Of a stretch of 64,000 bases of DNA, positions 10,620 to 27,286 are shown one piece after another. The notes under the pieces are model-generated. The model made no database searches and was not told where the DNA came from. It saw nothing but the letters and a program-made list of their open reading frames with translations. Made by a program: the position numbers and the translations under genes. Source of the stretch: a phage; the sequence record OZ336095.1. The stretch is one strand, 5' to 3'. Positions within the stretch are counted from its first letter, which is position 1. The number at the start of each line of letters is the position of its first letter.

Positions 10620-11018
10620 ATGAAAACAGAATCTAGAGTAATTAATGGTAAGAAAGTAAATATCGTTCTGCTTGGGGCAAGAGATGGTATTAAGATGTCT
10701 ATGAAGTTGGGTAAAATTGTTGTTCCAACCTTTGCACAGATGCTATCAAGTCTGACTGATAAAGATAAGAAAGAGGCTCCAATGGTTCCATTTAAAGAAC
10801 TTGTTGAAGCTTGTTTTGACAGAATTGAAGAAATTAACCTTGAAGAAATGGCTACCCTGTTATTTCAAGGGGCAACTGTTGACGACTTCCCACTTAATAT
10901 TGATACGTACTTCCAAGCAAACTACGGTGAGTTTATTGATTACTTAGCATTTGCGCTGGAGGCAAACTTCGGAAGTTTTTTCGAAGCAAGCATTTTCAAA
11001 AGCCTAACTTCTCAGTAA
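10620..11018 (+). CDS. tail assembly chaperone (G-like)
   Basis: 132 aa between tube and tape measure; contains slippery heptamer near 3' end. Confidence 0.5.
   Translation: MKTESRVINGKKVNIVLLGARDGIKMSMKLGKIVVPTFAQMLSSLTDKDKKEAPMVPFKELVEACFDRIEEINLEEMATLLFQGATVDDFPLNIDTYFQANYGEFIDYLAFALEANFGSFFEASIFKSLTSQ
10976..10982 (+). other. candidate -1 programmed ribosomal frameshift site (T TTT TTC)
   Basis: X XXY YYZ heptamer in frame of 10620 ORF; -1 frame is open from here into the 11021 ORF (read codon by codon, no stop). Confidence 0.45.
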
Positions 11019-11020
11019 AC

Positions 11021-11259
11021 ATGGGTAACACTCTACAGACACCACTAACTGATGCTGCTGTAGAGGCAACCTATGAAGAAGCAGACGAGATGAAATTTGT
11101 GCTTGCTATTTATGGTATGGAAGGGTGTAAAGAAACACTTGACCAACTCTTTGCTATGACATTCTCTGATTTATTATCATTGAGACAATTTCTTGAGATT
11201 CAGAGGTCGTATAAAGAGGAAATTGCTTACAACGAACTTAGAAGAGCAGGAAAAATGTA

Positions 11260-11260
<1 letters not shown>
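11021..11260 (+). CDS. tail assembly chaperone T-portion (likely expressed as G-T fusion)
   Basis: 79-aa ORF in the -1 frame relative to upstream chaperone; ends at ATG of tape measure gene. Confidence 0.45.
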
Positions 11261-19276
<8,016 letters not shown>

Positions 19277-19278
19277 TA

Positions 19279-20451
19279 ATGGCAGTAGGTGAAATTCAAA
19301 TTAGTGCCTTGCCTCAAGCAGCTTTACCAATTGACCTTAGTGATATCTTCCATCTTAAGCAGGGTATTGAGGATAAGAGGTGTACTCTTGAGCAATTACT
19401 TGCTCCACACGCAAGCCTAAGAAATAACCCTCATGGTGTTACTAAAACACAAATTGGTTTAGATAATGTTATTAATGCTCTTCAGTTAGTCGCTGCAAAT
19501 AACTTATCAGATATTGTTAATGTAGCTGAGGCAAGAGCAAATCTACAGATTATGTCTTCAGAAGAGGTTAATAACCTTGTCCAGCAACATATCAAGGACA
19601 AGAGTAACCCACACAATACAACTAAGGCACAGGTTGGTTTAAGTAATGTTCAGAACTGGACAACATCTAATCTGTATAACGAAGATGCAGATAAGTATGC
19701 TACAGCAAGAGCAGTAAATAACTTGTACAAGGCTGTTCAGGCTTCTTATCCAGTAGGTACTATCCATCTTTCTATGAACTCTGCAAACCCTTCTACATAC
19801 TTAATTTGTGGAGGTACTTGGGAGTTAGTTTCAAAAGGCAGGGCATTGGTTGGCTATGACTCTGATACAAGACCAGCAGGTTCTGTATTTGGCGCTTCAA
19901 CTGTCACTTTGTCAGTTAATAACATGCCTCAACACTCCCACTCTGTGTCTCTTAGCGGTGGTGGTCACACTCATAATGCAACTGTGTCAATCTCAGCTTT
20001 TGATTATGGGGCTAAGACTACAAACTCTTTTGACTATGGGACAAAAGCTACTAACACAACTGGTAACCATACACACAGTGTGTCAGGTAACACAAGCACC
20101 AATGGTACTCACAACCATGATGTGTATCCTAGAGAAAATGATGGTACTGGTAATGCTGTAGCTGACTCTAATGGTGGTGGTGCAAGAAGGACATCAAGGA
20201 CTTCTAGTGACGGTGCGCACTCACACAGCTTTAACGTCACATCTGGTGCATCAGGTGACCACAGCCACACGGTTGGTATTGGTGCTCACAGCCATACAGT
20301 TGGTATTGGTTCACACACGCACAGTGGCACTGTAACAGTTTCTTCTTCTGAACATACACATAGTGGTAATACAAATAGTGTTGGTGGAGGTCAGGCGGTT
20401 AATATTGAGCAGCCATCCTTCGTACTGTATGTATGGCAGAGAACAGCTTAA
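19279..20451 (+). CDS. tail fibre protein with His-x-His repeat C-terminal domain
   Basis: 390 aa; N-terminal repeated 'NPH..TK.Q.GL.NV' motifs; C-terminal 'HSHSVS', 'GNHTHSVSG', 'DHSHTVGIGAHSHTVGIGSHTHSG' repeats typical of fibre tips. Confidence 0.65.
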   Translation: MAVGEIQISALPQAALPIDLSDIFHLKQGIEDKRCTLEQLLAPHASLRNNPHGVTKTQIGLDNVINALQLVAANNLSDIVNVAEARANLQIMSSEEVNNLVQQHIKDKSNPHNTTKAQVGLSNVQNWTTSNLYNEDADKYATARAVNNLYKAVQASYPVGTIHLSMNSANPSTYLICGGTWELVSKGRALVGYDSDTRPAGSVFGASTVTLSVNNMPQHSHSVSLSGGGHTHNATVSISAFDYGAKTTNSFDYGTKATNTTGNHTHSVSGNTSTNGTHNHDVYPRENDGTGNAVADSNGGGARRTSRTSSDGAHSHSFNVTSGASGDHSHTVGIGAHSHTVGIGSHTHSGTVTVSSSEHTHSGNTNSVGGGQAVNIEQPSFVLYVWQRTA

Positions 20452-20461
20452 TTTCTTTACA

Positions 20462-20481
20462 GGGGCTATAAAGCCCCTTTT
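20462..20481 (+). terminator. hairpin terminator between the two fibre genes
   Basis: GGGGCT ataa AGCCCC followed by TTTT. Confidence 0.5.
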
Positions 20482-20497
20482 AAGAGGAAAATATATA

Positions 20498-22852
20498 ATG
20501 GCAGATTACAAGTTGAGTGAATTAAACTCAATCGATACAATCCGTTCAGATGACCTTCTTCATGTCAGGGTTAAAAAGAGACCTGAAATGTTGGGTGATG
20601 AAGACCGTCGAATGACCTATCAAGATTTCTTAGCATCTTTTAAACTTGAAAGATTTGTTCAGATTGCTGGTAGCACTATGACGGGTGACTTAGGAATTGT
20701 TAAGCTACTTTACGGTGGCAAGGCTGTATTCGACCCTACAGGCTCTTCTGAGATTACTGTTGGGGATGTTTTAAAGACTTTTAAAATCAACGCAAACGGC
20801 CTTAAACTAACTATTGCAGACGCTTCAAGGTCGGCAACTGTTTATCATACTTTGAATAAGCCAAGCCCTAATGAACTTGGGATGAGAACTAATGAAGAGA
20901 ATGACGCAAGGTATGCAAGACTAGCCGTGAATAATACCTTTAGAGGTACTCAAGCTATCCTCTCTGACAATGAAGCGCTCATTATTAAAAATATCACTCA
21001 AGGTGCTCCACTCTATCTTCGTGGTCAAGATGCAGATGGTACTAACAGATGGTATCTAGGTAATGATAATAGGGGTACAAATAATCTTGTATTGAAGAAT
21101 GTAAAGTCTGACGTTTCAATTGCTATTTTAGAGAATTTGGTGACAGTCAACAGAACTCTTCAAATTGCTGGCCAAGTTCAGCCTTCAAGTTTTGCTAACT
21201 TAGATGCTAGGTATTTTACCCAGACAGCAGCTAATCAGAGATTTGCGCAGTTAGCTGGTAATAACACTTTTACTGGTACTAACACTTTCTCTAATTTTGT
21301 TGCTAAGAAGAATGCTGAAGCCATCACTCTGCAAAATGTGGACACTGCTCCCTCTTTATATATCCGAGCAAGAAAGTCAGATGGGAATTATAAGTGGTAC
21401 ATTGGTAATGACGGTGATGAGAACATTTTAAAAATCTATAACTATCTAACAAAAACACAAGTCTCACTAGGTAACACTATTGCCATGAGCAAAACAGTTC
21501 AAATTGATGGTCAAGTACAACCTTCTGATTGGACTAACATTGATTCTAGATATATTCCGGCAGCCACTTTGAGTAATCTCCCTAAACTTAATGTGTCTAA
21601 TACTTTCACAAATGTGCAAACTATTGTATCTAACAACGAGGGTTTGGTATTAAGGAACTTGACACAGGGGCAGCCACTATATATCCGTGGTGTTGATACT
21701 GAGAATGTTTCTAGATGGTGGTTAGGTGTAGGTGGTCCAAACTCTAATGTGGTAACACTTAACAACAACTATTCTGACACTAAAATCTCACTTGGTGGCT
21801 CATCAGTAATGACTAATAAGAGCTTAGCTATTACTGGTCAAGTACAACCTTCTGACTTCTCTAACTTAGATGCTAGATACTATACCCAAGCTGCCGCAAA
21901 CGCAAGATATATGCTTGCAAGCATCACTGGTTCGGCTTCTGAAGCAGATGGTGGTGATGGTGTTGCATGGGATGCAAAAACAGGTCTTTATAAGGTTACT
22001 AACACCACTGGACAGTCTTCTTCACTTGTATATCACATGTTTTTAGGGACTAGTTCTACACCATCTGCACAATTAAAGTTTTCGTTTAAAAATGGTGGGA
22101 TGTGGTATAGAACATCAAGAGATGCCTATGGCTTCGAAGTTAATTGGTCTAAAGTTTACACGGAAGCACAAAAACCAACCCCTTCAGAGATTGGTGCATA
22201 CACTAAAGCTGAAACTGACCAGAAAATTGCAACAGCAATTAGTGACTCTACAGACCTTAACAAAATCTATCCAGTTGGTATTGTAACGTGGTTTAACAGT
22301 AATGTTAACCCTAATACAGCACTCCCTGGTCTAACTTGGACGTACCTGAATAATGGTGTTGGTAGAACTATCAGAATCGCAGCAGCAAACGGTTCAGATG
22401 TTGCTACAACTGGTGGTTCAGATTCTGTGACATTAGCTGTTGGTAACTTACCATCACACACTCACAGTTTCTCTGCTACCACTTCATCTTTTGATTATGG
22501 TACGAAGAACACTAACAGTACTGGTGCACATACCCATTCAGTTAGTGGTACTGCTGCATCTGCTGGGCAACACGCACACAGAATTTCACAGGGTGACAAC
22601 GCTAACGTTTCATCAGGTAGAGTCGCATCTTCAAACTCTGCTCAGACCCATGTTGGTTGGACTGAAAATGATGGTGTTCACACCCACTCAGTTAGTGGTA
22701 CTGCTGCATCTGCTGGTGGACATGCTCACACGGTTGGTATTGGTGCTCACAGCCACACAGTTAGTGGTAACACTGGTGGTACAGGTTCTGGTTCAGCATT
22801 TAGTGTTACTAACCAGTTCTACAAGTTAATGGCTTGGGTAAGAACTGCTTAA
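20498..22852 (+). CDS. long tail fibre protein with three internal ~100-aa repeats and His-x-His C-terminal domain
   Basis: ATG 20498 with RBS AAGAGGA (track ORF extends upstream through the terminator); three repeats each ending '..GQVQPS.F.NLDARY.TQ.AAN'; C-terminal 'PSHTHSFS', 'GAHTHSVSG', 'GGHAHTVGIGAHSHTVSG'. Confidence 0.65.
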   Translation: MADYKLSELNSIDTIRSDDLLHVRVKKRPEMLGDEDRRMTYQDFLASFKLERFVQIAGSTMTGDLGIVKLLYGGKAVFDPTGSSEITVGDVLKTFKINANGLKLTIADASRSATVYHTLNKPSPNELGMRTNEENDARYARLAVNNTFRGTQAILSDNEALIIKNITQGAPLYLRGQDADGTNRWYLGNDNRGTNNLVLKNVKSDVSIAILENLVTVNRTLQIAGQVQPSSFANLDARYFTQTAANQRFAQLAGNNTFTGTNTFSNFVAKKNAEAITLQNVDTAPSLYIRARKSDGNYKWYIGNDGDENILKIYNYLTKTQVSLGNTIAMSKTVQIDGQVQPSDWTNIDSRYIPAATLSNLPKLNVSNTFTNVQTIVSNNEGLVLRNLTQGQPLYIRGVDTENVSRWWLGVGGPNSNVVTLNNNYSDTKISLGGSSVMTNKSLAITGQVQPSDFSNLDARYYTQAAANARYMLASITGSASEADGGDGVAWDAKTGLYKVTNTTGQSSSLVYHMFLGTSSTPSAQLKFSFKNGGMWYRTSRDAYGFEVNWSKVYTEAQKPTPSEIGAYTKAETDQKIATAISDSTDLNKIYPVGIVTWFNSNVNPNTALPGLTWTYLNNGVGRTIRIAAANGSDVATTGGSDSVTLAVGNLPSHTHSFSATTSSFDYGTKNTNSTGAHTHSVSGTAASAGQHAHRISQGDNANVSSGRVASSNSAQTHVGWTENDGVHTHSVSGTAASAGGHAHTVGIGAHSHTVSGNTGGTGSGSAFSVTNQFYKLMAWVRTA

Positions 22853-22859
22853 TCCCTTG

Positions 22860-22888
22860 TTGACTGATTGTTAAGATGGTGTTAATAT
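22860..22888 (+). promoter_or_regulatory. sigma70-like promoter (TTGACT-N17-TAATAT)
   Basis: hexamers read directly, 17-nt spacer; lies 45 nt upstream of ORF 22932. Confidence 0.4.
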
Positions 22889-22931
22889 TCTTTATGGGTA
22901 TTCTCACCATCTTGGCTGATGAGGTGATTAA

Positions 22932-23129
22932 ATGCCTACAATCCTAGCAATTCTTCTAAAAAATCTAGGTAGCTTCTTCTGGAAACTCATTTTATCCCTT
23001 CTGAGTGAATACATGATTGAGAAAGTGTTCTTTAAGCTTGCAAGATATCTTGCGAGTAAAACAGACACACCTATTGATGATGAGTTCGTAGATAACTTAG
23101 AAAAAGCTTTTAAGGGGGAGAATAAATGA
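22932..23129 (+). CDS. small hydrophobic protein (membrane, function unknown)
   Basis: 65-aa ORF with hydrophobic N-terminus; RBS GAGGTG. Confidence 0.3.
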   Translation: MPTILAILLKNLGSFFWKLILSLLSEYMIEKVFFKLARYLASKTDTPIDDEFVDNLEKAFKGENK

Positions 23130-23497
23130 AGTGGCTAGAGGATGCTTTTAAAAATAATATTGGTGCAATTGTAGTTGGTATTTTTAGTGTTATTGGGATG
23201 TATACCACGATGCAAGTTTCAAGTGGTAAGCAAGAAGTGTCTGTCACAACGAAGTTACAGCAGCTAGATAATTACACCAAAAGTAACTATTCAGCTATTC
23301 GTGATTTACAGTCTGACATGAGACTTATTCAGTTAGGGATGGAGAATCAGAAAGTTCAGTTAGAGAATGTTAAGGGTGAGAATGCAAAACTTACCAAAAC
23401 TCTTGATAAGTTCTCTGACAGTGTAAATAATCTGGCTCAATCAGTATCAGCCCTCCAAGCTATTACTGAGAAGAACACAAAAAGTACTGAAAAATAA
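23126..23497 (+). CDS. membrane-anchored coiled-coil protein (function unknown)
   Basis: 123 aa; N-terminal hydrophobic segment 'IGAIVVGIFSVIGMY' followed by Q/L/N-rich coiled-coil-like region. Confidence 0.35.
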   Translation: MKWLEDAFKNNIGAIVVGIFSVIGMYTTMQVSSGKQEVSVTTKLQQLDNYTKSNYSAIRDLQSDMRLIQLGMENQKVQLENVKGENAKLTKTLDKFSDSVNNLAQSVSALQAITEKNTKSTEK

Positions 23498-23503
23498 AGT
23501 TTA

Positions 23504-23531
23504 AGGCTCCCGTAAAAAGGAGCCTTTTTTG
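23504..23531. terminator. hairpin terminator between convergent gene blocks
   Basis: GGCTCC cgtaaaaa GGAGCC followed by TTTTTTG on + strand; sits between + strand stop 23497 and - strand stop 23535. Confidence 0.6.
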
Positions 23532-23534
23532 TTT

Positions 23535-24434
23535 CTACTTACCTACTGACAAAGGTGCTTCAATCTTTCCTGCATGTTGGTAGTTGTAAATGCCACCAAT
23601 AAAATCACTTGCAGTAAGGTGTTTTAGGTCACTTAGTGTGTTAAGTGGTACACCAATCTCAAAAGTAGGTGCATGGAACTCTTCATTGTTCATCAGTTCA
23701 TAAACCTGTTTCATATGGTTCTGATAAATCTGGGTATCCCCAAAGACACCTATCAAGTACCGTGGAGTGTATCCAGTCATCTTGCAAAGAACTTCTAAGA
23801 TGAAGCCATAAGACGCAATGTTAAATGGAAGACCTAAAAAGGTGTCTACAGAACGTTGATACCATTGCAAGTCAACTTCACCTTCGTTAGTGATATAAAT
23901 CTGAAACAGAACATGACAAGGTGCTAAAGCCATTGAGTTTGCTGCGATATCTGCTGCATTCCAAGCATTAACAAGCATGTATCGGTCTGTGATATCACCC
24001 TTCATCTTCGTTACTAAGGTCTCTAGCTGGTCTACAACACAACCGTTATGACCTTCAAAGTTTCTCCACTGAACTCCATAGATTCTCCCACCTGCATCCT
24101 CTAACCAATCTTGTTCAGAAGAATAATTAGAGCTTAACCAACGTTTAAAATCATCTGACCAGATAGTCCAGCGTTCTCCGTCATTTTCATCCCAAGTACG
24201 GTAACGAAGTTCACCAAGCTTATTCTCACCATTCAGGAACCATAAAGCTTCCCCAATAACTTGCCGTGTAAACACCTGTTTAGATGTTAAGAGCGGGAAA
24301 CCAGTCCTCATATCAAAACGAAACTGAGGTGGAGCAAAAGCAGAGATAACATCTCCAGTTCGTGTAGTACGCAGTTCACCAACGGATAAAACATGGTTCA
24401 GGATATTTTTGTAACTTGTATCTGCTTGTGACAT
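23535..24434 (-). CDS. thyA: thymidylate synthase
   Basis: ThyA active-site region 'LAPCHVLFQIY' and 'DTFLGLPFNIASYGFIL' (Asn retained, i.e. dUMP-type); adjacent to DHFR. Confidence 0.85.
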   Translation of the reverse strand: MSQADTSYKNILNHVLSVGELRTTRTGDVISAFAPPQFRFDMRTGFPLLTSKQVFTRQVIGEALWFLNGENKLGELRYRTWDENDGERWTIWSDDFKRWLSSNYSSEQDWLEDAGGRIYGVQWRNFEGHNGCVVDQLETLVTKMKGDITDRYMLVNAWNAADIAANSMALAPCHVLFQIYITNEGEVDLQWYQRSVDTFLGLPFNIASYGFILEVLCKMTGYTPRYLIGVFGDTQIYQNHMKQVYELMNNEEFHAPTFEIGVPLNTLSDLKHLTASDFIGGIYNYQHAGKIEAPLSVGK

Positions 24435-24435
24435 A

Positions 24436-24981
24436 TCAAAAGTGTCCTTTTACTTGTGGAACATAAATTTCAAAAGTTGCTTTACCATCCTCTGATGGTT
24501 TTGACTGTACCTTTGTAAACACACGGTTATCATACAGCTTCTCAAAGAAGTTTTCAAAAGGTAAATGCACAGTGGCCTCTTCAGTAACTTTATGGAAAAC
24601 AGTATGGAACACCACACTAGCATACGGTAAAGCATTGACAAGGATACCTGCACCACCAATTACAAAGACATCTTCATCAATAGAGCTATCAAGATACTTC
24701 AAAAATGCTCCAAATGACTCTTTACTGGCTTTAGCATACATTACATCATCTTTGCCAAAGTCTATGCCTAAGTATGGTACAGAATTTGTTAAGATGAGGT
24801 TTGCACGTTCTGGTAAAGGTTTACTACCCAGAGTCTTAAAAGTCTCATTACCCATGACTACTAAGTTATTTTTAGTGAGTCTCTTAAACTCTTGCATGTC
24901 CTGTTTATGTCGAGGCCACGGCATACCAGTCGGTGTACCAAATTCACCGTTTTCACCACTTGCAAAGATTAATTTAATCAT
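24436..24981 (-). CDS. dihydrofolate reductase
   Basis: DHFR-like N-terminus 'MIKLIFASGENGEFGTPTGMPWP' and 'LVVMGNETF'; 181 aa; next to thyA. Confidence 0.85.
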   Translation of the reverse strand: MIKLIFASGENGEFGTPTGMPWPRHKQDMQEFKRLTKNNLVVMGNETFKTLGSKPLPERANLILTNSVPYLGIDFGKDDVMYAKASKESFGAFLKYLDSSIDEDVFVIGGAGILVNALPYASVVFHTVFHKVTEEATVHLPFENFFEKLYDNRVFTKVQSKPSEDGKATFEIYVPQVKGHF

Positions 24982-25238
24982 TTTGTAAATCCTTTCTTAA
25001 TGAACCAGTTGATAACATTCTTCACAGCTTTATTGCTATGGTAGATTAAGTGTGGTGCAGGTTGGTATGAACCATAAGCCCAGAAAGCAATGATTTCATT
25101 ACACCCTGTACACCTTGTACTCTCTTCAGCGATATGACCGTTGACTATTTCACTTACCTCACCTTGCAAGTCTGTACATCCACAATGTGGACATCGGATA
25201 GGTGTTCCATCAGACTCATAGCAGTGTTCAATTTTCAT
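24978..25238 (-). CDS. small zinc-ribbon protein
   Basis: 86 aa with CPHCGC ... CTGC cysteine pairs. Confidence 0.4.
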   Translation of the reverse strand: MKIEHCYESDGTPIRCPHCGCTDLQGEVSEIVNGHIAEESTRCTGCNEIIAFWAYGSYQPAPHLIYHSNKAVKNVINWFIKKGFTK

Positions 25239-25754
25239 TTATTTAACCTCAAAAACTGGCTCAAGAACCAATATAAAGTCTACACAGTCATCTTCTTCAT
25301 CCAGAATACCATCAAAGTTCTTAGGAACGAAGTCGAAGAGGCTCATAACAAAACAGTCAGAAGTGACCCTGATAGTTCCTCCCATGTTCTCTACAGTTAA
25401 CACTGTGCGACTTTCTTTTACCTCCCTCAGAAGATTACTCACAAAGTCATCTAAGAAGTACTTCATCAATGACTTAAAACCTTTAGGGTAGTCTGTACCA
25501 GAGTATGTTTCAATCTGAGGGACAAGCTTAACATTTATGCTAGTCTTTGTTAAGAACGTACTAGAGAACATACTGTCAGGTAGTTTACAAACAATCTTTC
25601 CAGTACCTTCATGTTCAATCTCAACAAAACCAGCTTCATCGCCACATGTAACTATTTTAAAAGATGCTTCATTCTCACCCTGTGAAGCCATAAACTTTTT
25701 AAGCATCTCTTTAAGGAAATCTGCATGAGCATCTTGTAAGTAGACATCAATCAT
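25239..25754 (-). CDS. hypothetical protein
   Basis: 171-aa ORF in tightly packed - strand early operon. Confidence 0.4.
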   Translation of the reverse strand: MIDVYLQDAHADFLKEMLKKFMASQGENEASFKIVTCGDEAGFVEIEHEGTGKIVCKLPDSMFSSTFLTKTSINVKLVPQIETYSGTDYPKGFKSLMKYFLDDFVSNLLREVKESRTVLTVENMGGTIRVTSDCFVMSLFDFVPKNFDGILDEEDDCVDFILVLEPVFEVK

Positions 25755-25767
25755 AGTTAATCACCTA

Positions 25768-26127
25768 TTATGGGAACAGACACTTAATGTCATCGTTTTT
25801 GAAAACAAAACTTGTGTAGTTGTGACCATCAACATCCAACCAAACAGCCTGAACATCTACACCATCAAGATTCTGGTAAAGCTCTTTGATGAAGTGGTCT
25901 TTCACAATCTGACTGCTAGTTGTTTCCAGCTTAATGTTCGAGATTGCTGAACCTACAGCCATATAGCCCATGACACGTTTCTTCTCAGTATGCTTAATCT
26001 TACCATCTTTGTAAGCCATAATGAGATTGGAGAGAATCTTCACACCATAATACTTTTCAAGGTGAGTGGGTACGCCATAAAAACCTAATGCGAAGTTTTC
26101 AGAGTGGATAATGTTTTCACGTTTCAT
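25768..26127 (-). CDS. hypothetical protein
   Basis: 119-aa ORF, same operon. Confidence 0.4.
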   Translation of the reverse strand: MKRENIIHSENFALGFYGVPTHLEKYYGVKILSNLIMAYKDGKIKHTEKKRVMGYMAVGSAISNIKLETTSSQIVKDHFIKELYQNLDGVDVQAVWLDVDGHNYTSFVFKNDDIKCLFP

Positions 26128-26128
26128 A

Positions 26129-26428
26129 TTAATCTGCCAACCTTAAATTAAAATTAACACCAAATTTTTCACATACTTCCAACATATACTCAAGGGAGAC
26201 ATTACCAGTGAGATGAATTATGTTGGACACACGAGCCTGAGAGATACCACAAATTTTAGCAACTTGCTCTTGAGAAAGACCTCTGGATTTAATCTCTCTC
26301 TTAAAACGATGTGCAACGAAATCTCTCATTTCGTATACATCCATTGGACAAATATAACTCTCCATTTCAGCCTCTCTATCAGCCTCCCAATCATCTTGTG
26401 GGGCATAAGGGTCAAAAACCTCATTCAT
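26129..26428 (-). CDS. XRE-type helix-turn-helix DNA-binding protein (putative regulator)
   Basis: C-terminal 'LSQEQVAKICGISQARVSNI' HTH; start taken at ATG 26428 (overlaps upstream stop). Confidence 0.5.
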   Translation of the reverse strand: MNEVFDPYAPQDDWEADREAEMESYICPMDVYEMRDFVAHRFKREIKSRGLSQEQVAKICGISQARVSNIIHLTGNVSLEYMLEVCEKFGVNFNLRLAD

Positions 26429-26633
26429 CTTTCTTCTTCCGTTTGCGTGAAGTATCAATCAACGAATCTATGTTTGTAGCTCTAACCTTTTCACGTTCAT
26501 CGTTAAGATAATCATCAAGAGCCTTTTCAATCTGTGAATCATCTTGACAGATGACTGTAAAGACTGTAAAGCCGTCTGTATCATCAATTATCTTACCATA
26601 ACCGCTTCTGGGATGTAACTTTTTAAGAGCCAT
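26421..26633 (-). CDS. hypothetical small protein
   Basis: 70-aa ORF with basic C-terminal tail. Confidence 0.35.
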   Translation of the reverse strand: MALKKLHPRSGYGKIIDDTDGFTVFTVICQDDSQIEKALDDYLNDEREKVRATNIDSLIDTSRKRKKKDE

Positions 26634-26634
26634 A

Positions 26635-27018
26635 TCAAATACCTGTGCAGCTTCTGTTTTCTAAGAAATACTCAACACCATACATAGCTTTTTGCATCAA
26701 ATCTTCTTTAAACTGGATACGGTGGTTGAGCATCGCCTGTACATCAATATCATCATGGTGTTTCTCTTTAATGTTTGCAGATTGCAGGAAATACTCTGCA
26801 AGAACACGATATTGATAGTCAGTTACCTTATCAGTCATCTCTGTCAAAGACTCTTCAGAGATTGGTTTAAGTAACTCACCATTAGCTAGAGCAATACCTT
26901 TTACAATCTGGCAAGTGTCTTCTGGAACACCTGATAAGTCCACATTTGGAAGTTCTGTTGCATTGACTGGTAAATTCATTGCCATAACCATTGCAGCAGC
27001 TAATAAAATCTTTTTCAT
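26635..27018 (-). CDS. secreted/periplasmic protein with N-terminal signal peptide
   Basis: 'MKKILLAAAMVMAMNLPVNA' signal-peptide-like N-terminus; RBS TGAGGT. Confidence 0.5.
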   Translation of the reverse strand: MKKILLAAAMVMAMNLPVNATELPNVDLSGVPEDTCQIVKGIALANGELLKPISEESLTEMTDKVTDYQYRVLAEYFLQSANIKEKHHDDIDVQAMLNHRIQFKEDLMQKAMYGVEYFLENRSCTGI

Positions 27019-27140
27019 AATGACCTCAAAGTTATATTAAATTTTGTATTACGTTGAGTATAAAAATAAGCTATAACACCTGACTTGTCAACAGATTTTA
27101 TAGCTTATTTGGCAGATTTTTTATAAGGCTACTGCCATCC

Positions 27141-27210
27141 TTCCATACCATACCACACCAAACCACACCATACCGAACCACACCCTACCAAACCCGACCA
27201 AACCCGACCG
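27141..27210. repeat. C-rich decamer-phased tandem repeat tract (region A, left)
   Basis: seven consecutive 10-nt units ending CCA/CCG (ttccatacca taccacacca aaccacacca ...); + strand nearly G-free. Confidence 0.6.
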
Positions 27211-27212
27211 AG

Positions 27213-27286
27213 CATCACTTAAAAATCCTCTTAGAAGACTCTTAAGTGATGTAATCGAATTTTTATGTAGCTCCGATTAACTACCC
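27213..27286. repeat. conserved dual-hairpin module, copy 1
   Basis: perfect 10-bp inverted repeat CATCACTTAA-N19-TTAAGTGATG followed by TAATCGAA...TCCGATTA hairpin and ACTACCC; near-identical block recurs at 28604-28699. Confidence 0.6.

Noticed and set aside
19850-22829. Alternative-frame ORFs inside the tail fibre genes (19850-20161, 22092-22286, 22267-22461, 22440-22829)
   Set aside because: They arise from the repetitive His/Thr/Gly codon runs read in other frames (Leu/Thr/Val-rich nonsense). The fibre frame is clearly the real one.
23535-24434. Possibility that the thymidylate-synthase-like gene is a dUMP or dCMP hydroxymethylase marking DNA hypermodification
   Set aside because: The specificity Asn is retained (not the Asp of dCMP hydroxymethylases), and the gene is adjacent to DHFR, which is needed only by a true thymidylate synthase. 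The dNMP kinase alone is insufficient evidence for modified bases.
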